From an uncultured Bacilli bacterium (lineage in GTDB: Bacteria > Bacillota_I > Bacilli_A > RF39 > UBA660), in NCBI GenBank assembly GCA_947632565.1, contig CANRPT010000002.1:17120-81119 (forward strand): a stretch of DNA of 64,000 bases, written 5' to 3'. Within the stretch, counting starts at the first letter, position 1, and each line of letters opens with the position of its first letter. The position numbers were made by a program, and so were the translations under genes. The notes under the pieces are model-generated. The model was not told the DNA's origin. It saw only the letters and a list, made by a program, of their open reading frames with translations, and made no database searches. Shown here in pieces: positions 1 to 14,258 of this stretch.

Positions 1-3000
1 AATATTAGTGCTAGGGATCAAGAATCTAAAGCCGAAGTATATTCAAACTATAAACAAAGTTTAATTAATGCTGCCAATAAGGAAAATATAAGCAAATCTG
101 TTTTGTAGGAAGCTAAGTAGAACATGATAGAATCAGGTTAGTATACTCCAGAACAGATATAGGATGACGATTATGTCTACGACTAGGTAATTGCAGATAG
201 AGTGAAGGTTAGTAATGTTAAATTCAATAAACTACGTATTAGTAACCTAAAAGGACTAAAGTCTCTATATATGGATAATATGGCTTTATCTGGAAGTGAT
301 ATTATATAGACTTTTCTAGAAGTTACTCCTCTACACAGTATGTTTAGAAGTGTAAGAGGACTTAAATTTGTTAGTAAATTAGTAGATACTAAAGCTGGAA
401 AAACTGTAGAGGCAATAGCCAACAAATATGGAACAGTAAAGGAACAATTAGCAGATAGAATTGACGATATAGTATCTTTCGGTATAGATAATGTTAATAA
501 ACTACCAAGATTAACAAGGAGAAAGCAAGTATTAGATATAGGGGGAAGAGTAGTAATAAGCAGCGCATTAGAAGGAGCAGAAGAAGGAACTCAATATATT
601 AAAGGACAGAGATACATAAATAGAGATTTTGATTCTGATCCAAACCTATTAAAAAGTTGGGCTAAAAACATAGGTACAGGCGCTAGATCTATTTTTGCGG
701 CTATAACTCCCTGGGATCCTGTATATTCTGATGACGAAGAGTTTTTAGAAAACTTTAAAGGAGGAGCACTACTTGGTGGAATAATGACTGGCGCTATTGG
801 TACTGCTACTTCTATTCAACCTGTTAATAGGCAGATATCAGGACAAAGATTTCTTGCAGGTTTATATGCAGATGGAATAGCTAGCAAGGATCAAGTACGT
901 AAAAATATTCAGTATAGTAAAAGTATACGTGAGGGAAAATGGGATGTACTTTATCAAGCCTTTGATGATTTAGAATAGGCTAACATAGACGGAATAGATT
1001 CTTCTGTAATACAAGAAGAAAAGAAAAGAGCTAATTAGTTTTATAATACATTCACTTCTAAGTAGACGTTACAGTAGGCTGCTAATATTGACATTGATCC
1101 TAGAACTGAAGATTATGATATATTTGTATCTTTAAAGCAGCATCATGACGAACAATACAAAGATGCTAGAGGGTTATATAGCGATTACGTATCTCAAGTA
1201 GATAATATATTATATAGTCCTGAAGTACAAGAACATATTCTTAACATAAATAAAGATTTAAGTATTGATCAACAGGCTAATATTAGAGCTCTAATAAAAA
1301 TATAGGCAGAATTAGAAGCATCTAAAAAATTAGTCAATGATGTATTTAATAGTTCTGATAAATTAGATGAAATTCAGAAATATACTGGAATTAAAGTAAA
1401 TAAATCTGACGTTAATTACTTTTCTAGAATGTTAAGTTAGCATATAAAAGATCTAGAAGAGCAATATAATGATCTTAGAAAATATTTACCAGATACTAAT
1501 ATAAAAGATGAATAGTTAGAAGTTCCTAAAGCACACTAGGATCTTAATGATGCATATGAAAAAACTATTCTAGCTAAATTAGATCTAGATAGAGCTTAGA
1601 ATGAATATTCTATCATGAACTCTACGGACGAAAAGTTGATTAAATCTAGAATAGATAGGTGGAAAGGAGTAGAAAATAGGGATGAAGAATTTGTTTAGAG
1701 GTTAAATGATTCTTACTCTGGAAAATAGGAAGAAAAAGTAATAGAAGAAAGTGAAGATATTAAAGCAGAACCTGTAGATAATACTACTGCTCCAGTAGAA
1801 GTTGAACCTATTAAACCAGAACAATAGAGAGAAACAGAACCTTAGTCTATCACTGATACTAGAAATGCTGCAGAGTGGATTCAGAGAAAATACTTCAAGT
1901 AGGAAAGAGATGAAAGAGGTAATAATAAGCAAGTATTAAATGCTGATAATATATATGGGCAAGCATATAATGAAGCTACAGAAGCGTTAAGAGAGGCATA
2001 TCATAAGATAAATCCAAACGCTAAGAAGTTTAATACTTTTTCTGCATCTATTATACTACAAGACCCTAAATTCTCTAAAGACGAAAGAGCTGATTTATGG
2101 GAGGATCTAATTAATACAAGAAATTAGTTAGAAGAAGAAGTATATTCTAACGGGAATTCATCTAGAGCAAAAGAACTAGTAAATTTAGTAAAAGAGAAGA
2201 TAGAAGCATTACAACTAGAAGAAGATATTATAACATCTTACAATGAATTTGTATCATCTAGTGAATAGTACATACATGAAAAAATGCTTCAAATCAAAGA
2301 TAAAGAACATAAGATAACAGAGCAACAAGATGCGTTGACTCCAGTTAATGTTCCAGAATCTCCAAAAGCAGAGCCTACTCAGAAATCTCAAGAAGAAGAA
2401 CCAGCTAAGATGGAAGACCTACCATCTCTTGGCTCTTTATTGGGAGGATTAATTGGTCAGGACGCTGCATAGGCCTTAGATACAGCTTATTCTGAACCAT
2501 AGACTCCAGAAGATACTTCTGCTTCTATTAGTGAGCCAGAACCAAAGACAAATAATGGTATTGCTAAAGATTTAACTTACGATCAATAGTTAGATCCATA
2601 TTCTCATGAACTCAATTATAGACTAAGTAATACTACCTAGGATGCAAATGGTAAGTGGACAGTAGTTACTTATAAAAAGTTCTAGGGTATGGAAGACTAT
2701 CTGAACAATGAAGACTTTTCTAAAGTAAGTGCTAATGATGACTTTCTGAAAGAGGTAGAAAATAGCGGGGTGTACTTTGAAGTTAAACCTTATACCAATC
2801 CTCAAGGATAGGTAGAAGATGCTATATATGCTATCTTTATTTATAAAGGAAAGAAGTATATTGCAGCAGTTAGAACTAGTAAGGGATTATATGCTAATAG
2901 ATCTGGTAGATTCAATAAATTACCATATAACCAACAGCAATATATAGTTAATAACTTGAATGATCTTAGAAATAAGATAACAGAACTATATAAACAAGTA

Positions 3001-6000
3001 TAGGCTAATCCTAATTTGCAAGTCGTTCCTACACAATTACGTAGAACTCCAGGTTCTATTGTTAATGAAAAAAATAGTGATAATAGCCCTAAAAATAGAC
3101 CATTAACTGAATCTAAGTGGTTAACGATAAAAGATCCATACGAAATAACTCCTGAAAATACTGAAGTAGGTATCACTACAGGTCCAGCAGGAAAAGGAAT
3201 AATAAGATTAAGAAATAGAGTATTGTCGTACAATGGTAGAGCTATGGGTAAACCTGCATGGATTATCAAAGCTACGAACTATGATGGTACAGTGTATGAT
3301 AAGCCAGTCATACTTAATTATAAGAAATTTTCTGATTCACCTAAAGTGGCTGATCTTATATTAGATTTAGTATTAAGTAATCAAAATCAATATACAGATG
3401 CAAATGGAGTACAAACACCTATTAATCCTAAAGAATTATTAAAATTCTTAGTTAATTTTGGCACACATACTATAGTTAATCCTAATAGTTAGATATACTC
3501 TCCAGAATAGATACAGCAAAGATTAACTAAACAATTCTTTGAAGATGAAAACGGAAACATTGTAATAGGGACCACTACTTATGTAGTAAATGACTTACTT
3601 ACTGATGAAACTATAAGAAATAAAGCTAAACAATATATAATGGATAATTTCCATTATAATATTGATGAAGACGGTCTTAATAAAAACTATTTAGGTGGTG
3701 ATTTGCAATCACAAGATAGAGACCCTCATTTTGAATAGTTATACTCTTACTTTAAAAATAGTGATGTAGAAAAGATAACTATTATACCTGGAGAATTAGA
3801 ATTTACTAGAAAAGATTTTGGACTAGAAGGTAATCCTAAAGGAATAAGTGTATTAGGTTGGTATATTAAACAAGGAATACTTTTGACTGATATAGCTGAT
3901 CAATTGCAAGATGCTAATATATATGTAGATGATGTTAGGCTTGTAGATAAGACTGTGAAACAAGTTCAATAGGAAGCCAACCAGAAATTGTAGGAATCTG
4001 TTAAAGATGATTTAAGAGAAAAGACTATAGAATATACTGATATTTCTGGTAATAAGGCTTCAATGAACTTAGCGGACATATACGCAATACTAGACGGTAA
4101 GAAGAGAAGAGGTCCTAATATGACAGTAGATGCTGACATTAACTGGAATATTGAGTATAACCAAGAAGATAAAATGGATGCACAACAAGCCAAAGAATGG
4201 ATATAGAAAACTCTTGGTATTACTCCAGATATAATAGATAATGTAATAGATGTTACTGAATCTGGAATGAATGTAGTAGGTAGAGTAACAGAAGATTCTA
4301 TCCTATTATACAATGAAGCTCCTAAAGGAACTGAATATCATGAAGCTTGGCATAGAGTATCTCAATTACTTATATCAGAAAAGAGTAGAAGAAAAATATA
4401 TGACAGATACAATCGTAAGAATAAATCTGCTTTGAAAGATTCACAACTAGATGAAATATTTGCAGAACAATTCAGAGAGTTTATGCTCAACGAATCTGGT
4501 AAATACGATTTCGATACTAAAAATTGGTTTAGAAGAATATTAGATTTTATAAAATTGTGGGCTAGAACTGGACAATATGCTATTGCGAAAATATATTCTA
4601 ACATTAATAGAGGAAAATATGCCGGTATAACTCCTAATCAGAGTAATATAGATAGATTTAGAAGTATTTATGGGGGAGAAGGGCCTAATTTTGAAATAAG
4701 TGGATATGAATTTAAAACTATAACTAAGTATAAACAATTTGACGATATTGTTAAGAGTCTTACTTATGCTTTCTTTAATGTAGCTTTTGCTGAAGGTAAA
4801 TATATAAATTATAGTGATCTCAATGAAAGCAAGCCTACGTTTGAAAGATTAAAACTAATAGTACAAGCTTAGGCAAATAAATTCCCATCTCCTACTATGA
4901 CAGAGGTAGTAGATACTTTTGATACTGTATTTGCACCGGTTATATCTACTAGGTTAAAACAATTAGGTATTAGAACTATAGATAGAAATTCTGAAGATCT
5001 AAGTGTAATAGAAGAAGTATAGGAAGGAATAGATGTAGCACAACATACTGTAGAAGGTATGAATATATCTATAAAAGATAATGCTCCAGCTGAAGTTAAA
5101 TTCTTCTTTCAAACAATACCGATGATGGAAAGAGGAAAAGACGGAAATTATCAAACTAAGATAGACGATGTTACACATTTTGCCAGTTTTGTAGATTCTA
5201 ATTAGGCTTGGAATAACGTATTAAAAGATTTATCTGGATGTCGTACTATAACTAATATATTCGATAAAGTAAACATACTATCATAGAATGACTCATTCTA
5301 TATGTCGTTATTGTTAAAACTAGGTAATGAGATATAGAAATCTAATTCAGATGATATAAGAATAGCAACTGACGCTGAAGCCTTACTCACCAAACTTGAA
5401 ACTGTAATAACTTCAGATATAAATAACTTTATTACTGCTAAGATAAGTAAAGATAAAGATACAGGATTCACTAAAGCATCTTTAGTAGACAATACTGTGG
5501 ATATTAAAGCTATAAAGTATCCTAAGGTATGGTCATAGGCACTATTTACTAATTCTGGATTATTCAAATACGATAAAGATGGTAAAATAGTGGCTGACCC
5601 AGATGCTAAAAAGTATTTAAAATTAGTAATAGATAATCTAACTACTATTAGAACTGCTTTTATGAATCGTAAAGGAATACTAAAGGTAGGAGATAGAGAT
5701 GTTGATTTACATATACCTATGAATCAAGAATGGCTAAAAGATAGAATAGTTTCTTATCTTCAGGCAGTAGGTATAGGAATAGATAAACCTACGATTAATA
5801 GAATGTTATTATCAGGGGATTATGGTAATCCTAGAGCAGATTCTTATACTCTATTAAATTCATTTGTTGTAAATATTAATAACTTTGGAGGTTTAGATAG
5901 GATCACGGAAGTATTAAATACTATAAATAATGCTATTAAATTCGATAATACATTATCAGATATAATAATTAGTGGTAAAACTGTATCTCCTAAGTCTATC

Positions 6001-9000
6001 TGGAGTAATGTAGGCTACGTGAAAACTTTGGCTAATTACTACGCTTATGTACATTCTACAGATAAAGGTTTAAGTAGTTATGGTCCCGATGGTAATACGT
6101 ATTACATGGTATCTTAGAATAACTTTGTAAAAGATAGAGTTCAGGAAATGATTACAGATCCGTAGGTACTATAGGATTTACGTTCTGTTAATTATAATCA
6201 ACACTCTATTGTACTGAATGCTATATCATAGGGTAATAAAAACATCTAGGTAGAAACTCTTATTAATTTCAAAGATGAAACTTCTTATGACGCTGGTAGA
6301 GATTACTTTGGTATTACAGATAGAGAAGACTACATAGCTAAAATGACTGCTGTGTTGAATGATAGAATAATATTTCCTACAGTAGCCGATAAAAAAACCT
6401 ATCATTTCTTACGTGGAATTAAATTACCACATGAACGCATAAATTTTACAGTTACTTCATAGGGTACTTACGCACAATATGGCGAATAGTCATTAGATAT
6501 TCTAATAGGTTACTGTTAGGATGAGTTAAGTCAAATAGAATTATGTCTTAGACAAATTGATGATGATCCAGCTCATTATGATAAGGAAAATAATATACAT
6601 TATAATGAAGATGGAACCATAAATAATGATTGGCTTGAACCGAATAGAAGAATAAAAAATTTTCATACTCCTAATACATACAAATATACAGATAAAGAAG
6701 GCAAAAAACATACAGTTAAATTAGAAGGAAATGGAGCTAGATTTTTATTCTTAACCGGTGTATATGCAAATGGGAAATTCATTAACTTCAATGATCCTAA
6801 AAAATCTGCTAAAGAATGTTTACAATTAGCAAAAGATTATTTCTTCAACGCACCTAAGGATGCTCAAAAAATGTTCTTAAGCGATTTAATAAATCGTAGA
6901 GTAAAAGAAGAAATAGAGACAGCTAAAAATTTAGGACTTATTACTGGTAATGATAATAATAGTATATGGAGTTTACGCAACTCATTGTTAGATGACAATG
7001 AGTTAATAGAACGTACAAAAGCATATACTAACATAGATCCTGATAATGCTGAAGGATATGCTATATTTGATATGATTGCTGACTATACTATTAATAGTAT
7101 AATATCTATAACTGAAATAGAAAAATTATTCAGTGGATCACCTGCATATTACAAAGTAAAATATGATGAAAATGGCATTATTGATTTATCGGTTGATAAA
7201 ATCAAACGTTTGGGCGCGTTAACTTCTACAGGATTAAACAACAGACTTGATTTTAATAATGATCCTATCAGATAGGAATACGTGGTAGCAGAATTAAAAG
7301 ATCATGAAATTCAAGACAAGTAGTATTATGAATTTGAGCGTCTATTTACTAGAGGTAATATAAAGGAAACCATACAAGAATTAGAAGGCGAAGAAGCGTG
7401 GAATAAAGTAAAACATTTAAGTATATAGGAGATAGAGAAAATATATCCTGATGCGGTTAAAGTTGCTAAACAAGCAGCAAAAGTAGAAGTAGCTGGTTAT
7501 AAGGAAGGAATAAATGTAGCTGATGCTGCTGTATATATTAGTCCTACTATGACTAGAGATCTTCTTAGAATGAGAGGAGAATGGTCTACAGAAGTAAAAG
7601 AAGCTTTTGATGTACTTACTAATGATAATACTGCCGATACTTGGGAATCTGATCCAGAATTATACGCTAAAGCTAATAAAGTTATATTAAATGCTATGAA
7701 ATACATGGCATTCGGTACTAGATTTAATGAGATAGATGGATTAGGTATACCGTACTTTAATAAGATGGCTTTATTTCCATTATTTAAATCTATTGCTACA
7801 GGTGATACTAAGGCTATGTACGATCGTATGATGGATCCAGAAAATCCTATAGATATGATTATGTTTGATTCTGCTGTAAAAGCAGGTTCTAGATCTCCTA
7901 TGAAAGCTTACAGAGAAGCCAAAGATAGTGAAATAGAACTTAAAGATGGTCAAACGGTATTGTCTGCTAGTGTAACAGATCAACTTATCAGTGGAGAAGG
8001 AAATACGTTAAATGATTTTAATAATCTGGTAACTTATAAGTAGAAATTTAAATATTTACGTCAACAATTAGCTACTAATCCTCATACGCACGAAGAACAA
8101 ATGGCAGGTACACAATTTATGAAAGTAAACTTGTCTAATATTCGTATGAATGATATGTACGGTAAGGAGGGAAATTAGGTGACTGGTAGAGATATTAAGA
8201 ATACAGTAATGGAATCTCTTAATAAGTTATCTGACATGGGTAAGCAATAGCTGGCATCAGAACTATTTACCAAAGATGGCAAAGTAAATATAACCAAATT
8301 AGGTACTATGCTTTATCAAGATGCTAAAGAATCTGATGCTAACGATAATGTATTAACAGGTCTACGTACTAAGGATGATGCTTTTGTAATACCTTTATCC
8401 GCATTATCTGACAATAAGTGGATAGAAAGTAGATTTATAGCTATGATCAATAAAATAATTATTGATGTGATGATGCCAGGAGGAGCATTTATTCAAAGAT
8501 CTGCTTTCGGTATAGAAGCTACTTCTACTAAAGTTATTACAACTAATATGATTAATGATGGTAGAGCCTTAAAGATGAACAACGAAGAAGGTTCTATGGA
8601 TTCTGTAGTAAGTATAAATTTATTTAAACATATTATACCTAACTACGAAAAAATGACATTTAGACAAGCAAGACGATGGTTAATTGATAAGAAGATAATT
8701 GGACCAGAATCTACAGCAAATGCAATAGGTTATCGTATTCCTACTCAATCTATTGCGTCTATATCTGCTCTTAGATTTGTAGACGTGTTCCCAGAAATAA
8801 TGGGTGATACTATTATGTTGCCAGAAGGATTTACTAAACTTACTGGTTCTGACTTTGATATTGATAAGCTATACGTAGCCAGATTTGCTTATAATAAATT
8901 AGGTGGAAAAATTACTAAAGGAACTGCATTAAAAGTTGATGAAGTCATTGATTCATATAAGAATGAAATATTAGACGCTTATATGAAAGTACTTCTTACT

Positions 9001-12000
9001 TAGGATAATTTCAATTCTTTAAAACTGTCTATTGATAATGCTACTGAAAATACTAAGGAAGTACTTAAAGACATAGAAAGTAATAGAGAAGTTCATTATG
9101 TTCAACCTTTTGAAGTGTATACTCCTACTTATCAAGAAGCTAGAAAAGCCGAATATACTGGCGGTAAAGCAGGTATTGGACCATTTGCATTGAACAATGC
9201 ACATCACATACTTACTCAACTTACTGGCTTAAAGATGGTCGATAATGAATTTACTAGAACGTTAGACCTAATAGATCTAGGAAGAATATATGATTATCCT
9301 ACAGCAGGAACTCCTAAAGGAAGACGTATTCTTGACTGGTTATCTGCTATGATTAATGGTTTTGTTGATATTGCTAAAGACCCATACATTGTAAGATTGA
9401 ATGTTAATTCTTGGACTTATAATATGGTAAACTTCTTATTACGTACTGGTAAAGGTAAATGGACATTCTATTTTGTAGGCCAACCTATATTTAAAGAAAT
9501 AGCAGAAGAAGTTGCTAAAACAAAAGGTAAGTATGGTGTAGATAGAACTAAAACTCCCTCTCAACTAGAGAAAGAAGCTATTAAAAAAGTGCTAGATAAA
9601 TACGATCCTACTGGAGGACACAGATCTAGATATTAGTATATAAATACTAAAACAAATTTAATGGCAGAAGAGTATAAAGATCTTTTTAAAACAGAAATAG
9701 TAGATGGTAAAGAGACCTCTTATACTAGAGAGCTACTATTACATCCTAATGACTTTGAATTTAATAGAGAGTAGATAAGGATGTATTATGCTTGGTTAGC
9801 TCTTAAACCATACGCTGATGGTCTAGCAGATCTTGTAAAATATTCTAAAGTAGATACTAAAAAAACTGGTAAATCTTTCGCTGAACAGCAGATATATTAT
9901 AATGGCATGAAAGATTTAACCAATAGTATGGTTTTTGAAGAAGGAGAGATCCAAAGATTTTATGATGAAACATTCATAGGAAGAAAGACTGAAAATAGTA
10001 TACCATTTGGAGCTAGTATATTCTCTAATCTATTATTCAGAAATACTGACACTTTCATAAAACAATATAACTCTGTATTATCCTTACTTGGAAGAAAGAA
10101 TAACGCTAATTCTAAGTTATTAAACCCTATCATATCTGGTATGGAATCTTAGATAAAAACAGAATTCTTTAATCAATTTGTGAAAGATAATGATATTGAT
10201 GTAGAAGGAATGTTTAGAGGAAATAATACTATAGCAAAACGTCTTAACAAATTTAAGACTATGATATTGAGAGGAGATGAACGTTATAAATACTTATTGA
10301 ATCCCAATGGTAGTATAAATAATGATTTCTTAGAATACTTAATACCAAATATAGATAATGAGAGTATAGACTTTGTAGATACATCAGAATTACTTAGTGC
10401 AGACCAAGCTCAAGCTAACAATCTTATAAATTACTGGAGAGAACTATTAGATGATCCTCTTCCAGAGGTTAAAAGATTGGCTAGGGATTTAGCAGTTTAT
10501 GCATTCTACACATCTGGAGATAATTTTACTATGAATTCGTTCTTCTAGTATCTACCAAATAGTTATAGACAAGAAATAGGTTATACTGATTTCGTACAAA
10601 ATAAATTAGAGCAGCTTATTAATGAATCTCAATTAGCTTATAAAGATAAGGCAGATTTATTCTTGAATAACTGGACAAATGATCTATTGGTTAAACCTGT
10701 AGAAATGGAAGGAGGAAAAAATAGAATGCCATTTATACAAGCCAAGTTAAACGAATAGGCTACTCCTAATATAATTGTTGGAAAAAGAGTAGGATCAGAA
10801 TATTCAGATATAAAACCAATAAATTGGGTTAAAGTATCTGTAGTAGATGCATTAGGTAATCCTGTAGTAATATCGTATCCTATGTTCCCACCATATATCA
10901 AAATGAGAGATGGTAAAGGTTTTGACACTAAGAATTGGCATGTATATACTCTAATAGGTTTTACTGATCAAGCAGAAGTAGATAAAAGTACTGGGAAATT
11001 TACAGGAAAAATGCAATATACTCCTATATATGGACTTGTTAGTAAAAAAGGATACAAACATAGGGGTCACACTATTGTTGAATATGGTAGAGAAACTCAA
11101 TTTGATTTCAATAAAGAAAATGAATGGGATTACAGAGAAGCTCTGAATAATCCTTTAGCACTAGCTGACATGGCTTCTGAATTCGATAAAACAGAATGGA
11201 ATAAAATAAGTAATTCTATACATTTAATAACATCTCTTCCTAGCTATTCTGACATGAATTATGCTATAGCTGAACAAGATAGAGTTTATATGGATGATTC
11301 TTCTACTTTAGAAGAAGATGAAGTAACTGGAGAAGTATTAGAAGAAAAAGAAGAACCAAACGGAATAGAACAGAATGGTGGTAGATTTAGTGATGTTGTA
11401 ACTACAGTTAGAGATACGCTTAAAGATGAGACATTCAATAACACTGAATCTACTAATAATGATCCAATAAATTTTGCTTCTAAAGAAGAAAGTATAAACA
11501 CAATACAGTCTAATAAAACTATATTAAGTAATAAAGAATTAATTAAATTAAGACCATATGCTGGAAATAGTCCTAGAATAGCAGTAGCGTCAGAGCATAC
11601 GGATCCTGTATTCTTTTCTAAAAAAATCATAGAGATACTAGATGGTAAACAAAGTGTACAAGATAAGTTTAGAAATACTTCCTATACAGGTAATGATTTT
11701 GCAGCACTATATCTTATCACTAAACACGACGGTCTTCCGTTGAAGAATCTACTTGAATATAAAATACCTAAATTGATTCATTTCAGTATTACTGGTTTAG
11801 GAGGTACTAAGTGGGAACCAGGTGTGATGCAGTACAATGATTTACTAGACAGAATATAGGAATTTATAAAACAAGGTTTGGATCCAGAAATGGTTACTGT
11901 ACGTATAGATCCTATAATTCCAGGAGTAACGCTAACTTCTGATGTAGAAAATATAGTTCGTAGAGCATCTGAAATGGGTATCAAAAATATTAGGTTCTCT

Positions 12001-14247
12001 GTTATGGATCAATATTCTACTACTAAGAAATTTATGGAAGAACTAGGTTACGATTACTCAAAGTATTACGATTGTAAAAGTTTGCATGCTAGACCTGAAA
12101 TATTGTAGAGTATTGAAAATAAAATGCTAGAACTTAAAAATAAATACAAAGTAAATATAAGTACATGCGCTGAGCCGTTTAATATCGAAGGTATCAGTAA
12201 AGAAGCTTGTTTATCTGTAGCTGCTATCAACAACATGTTAGGAACAAACATACCAGAAACATCTACTGGAAAACAAAGAGCCCTATGCTCATGCTATGGT
12301 GGTAAAACAGACTTACTAAGATATGATAATAAATGCGCATCATCTTGTATATATTGTTATGCTCATCACAACAACAATAAGAATCTTAACTACTATAATG
12401 AAGATGGCACTTTGAAAGATAATCCTTTCACTAGGACTACAGCTTAGACTAGTGTAAATGAGAATAAAACTTAGTATATTAACCATTCAGGTGGTGCGAT
12501 TGGTAGTGATACCATGTGGGATGAAATTGGTAAACAATATGGAGTAGTATCTAATCATTATTATCACGGTTCTAAGACTCCTAAAGGTAATATAGAAATA
12601 ACAGAAGAACAATTTGAAAGAGGTAAACAACGTGTACTCAAGGCTAATGAAACGTTACATAGAAGACCTGATAAGTACATGAACTTATTAGCTCGTAATT
12701 GGATGTAGGTAGAAAACTCTGATGCTATTTTTGCTATCGGTCATTTAAAAAATGGTGTAGTAGATGGTGGTACTGGTTGGGCAGTGCAAATGGCAATAGA
12801 TTATAATAAACCAGTATTTGTATTTGATCAAGAACGTAACAAATGGTATTCTAACATCAACGGTACTTGGTCCGAAACTAGTATTCCTAAACTTACTTCT
12901 AATTTTGCTGGTATAGGTACCAGAGAGATAAATCAAAACGGAATACAGGCTATCAGAAACGTATATGAAAATACATTCAATAATACTTATGAGAAAGTGT
13001 TGACTAAAGAGAATACTAAGAAATTAAACTTCGATGAAGTAGCTTCTAAAGTATTTGATTTGGTCAATAGATTAGGTATTTAGACAGTACTAGTAGACCC
13101 TAGTCAACTGGTTTAGAGAACTACTGCGGCACAGTATGATTCTGATAATAATCGCATATTACTACGAAACGATTATAAGTCTTATCTTGATAAGACTGGT
13201 ACGACCTTAAATCGTTTACTACTTCACGAATACATACATGTTATTACTTCCTATGCCATAGATAATGCAGATGAGATGCCTGCTGATGTTCAGACTGCAG
13301 TAAAAACAATAGAAGCTGCTTATAAGACATTATTGGAAAAAGAGAAAGGTAACTATATCGAATTTATGGGGAGTCTAATTTCAAACAGTGATGACTATTA
13401 CGGGCTTACATCTAAGTATGAGATGATTGCTGAATTGGCGAATCCTAATTTTAGGAAGATACTAAACAAACACAATTTACTAGATGGGTTAATTTCAAAT
13501 ATTAAAGACCTTATATTTAAGCTATTCGATAAATTTGGTATATCACATAATTCTACACTTGAAGATAGTTTAATTGCTAGTCTTAATACACTAGTTGATA
13601 ACTTTGATTCAACTGTCTACAACAATTGGAATAAAACCAGAACTGCACAAAGATGGTTCCGTGATAATATTCAACGAGTATCACTAAATGAATTTATTGG
13701 TAATAAGGTGATGGATCAAGTAAATAAATAGTTAGAAAACAAACCTTACGAAGAAGTTGCTGAAATTACCATAAATATCCCTATAAGTATAGCCGAGAAT
13801 ATATATAATTAGCTCGGTGGCTAGAACGCAAAGAATAAGCCGTTTGTATTATCATTTGATGGCGGATCCGTCGTGTTTGCAAGATTAACTGGTTTAAAGC
13901 CAAGTGATAAAAAGATGCAGGGAAAATATAGTGAACTTGACACGTATGATATGACGATAGAAACTCATCCAGAAATAATTCCAATCGAGGAATATGAGAA
14001 AGCTGGGAATCAGTATAGACCTCTTGCAGATGTAGGTTCTACTTAGGCTTTAACTGGTATTGATTTGGTATCGCTATACGACCAAGGAAATCGTAGAGTA
14101 TCTGAAGTATTAGATTAGCTAAGCGATCTAACACAAGAAGAGAGACAAACCTACTTGAATGAGTTTGCACAATACATGCGAGATAATAATGTCAACACTC
14201 AAGACAAATTAGAAGAAGCACTACGCAAGTTTATTTGTAACTTATAA
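1..14247 (+). CDS. Giant multidomain virion-associated protein, 5'-partial (at least 4,748 codons in window), with RNA-polymerase-like DPBB motif; TAG read as sense
   Basis: All 17 ORF-track fragments from 340 to 13731 lie in one frame (pos mod 3 = 1) and each ends in TAG. I read most inter-fragment gaps codon by codon and met only TAG, never TAA or TGA; the first TAA is 14245-14247. Motifs: RIPTQSIASISA...GSDFDIDK (DFDID 8851-8865), HEAWH 4339-4353, HEYIH 13225-13239. Confidence 0.8.
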
Positions 14248-14258
14248 TTCCAAATATT

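Noticed and set aside
183-4604. Minus-strand ORFs inside the giant gene (183-425, 1702-1932, 2623-2805, 2841-3269, 3966-4313, 4362-4604 and similar ones up to 18727)
   Set aside because: They lie antisense to a continuous recoded frame thousands of codons long. They are short and of low-complexity or hydrophobic composition typical of antisense AT-rich sequence, with no motifs.
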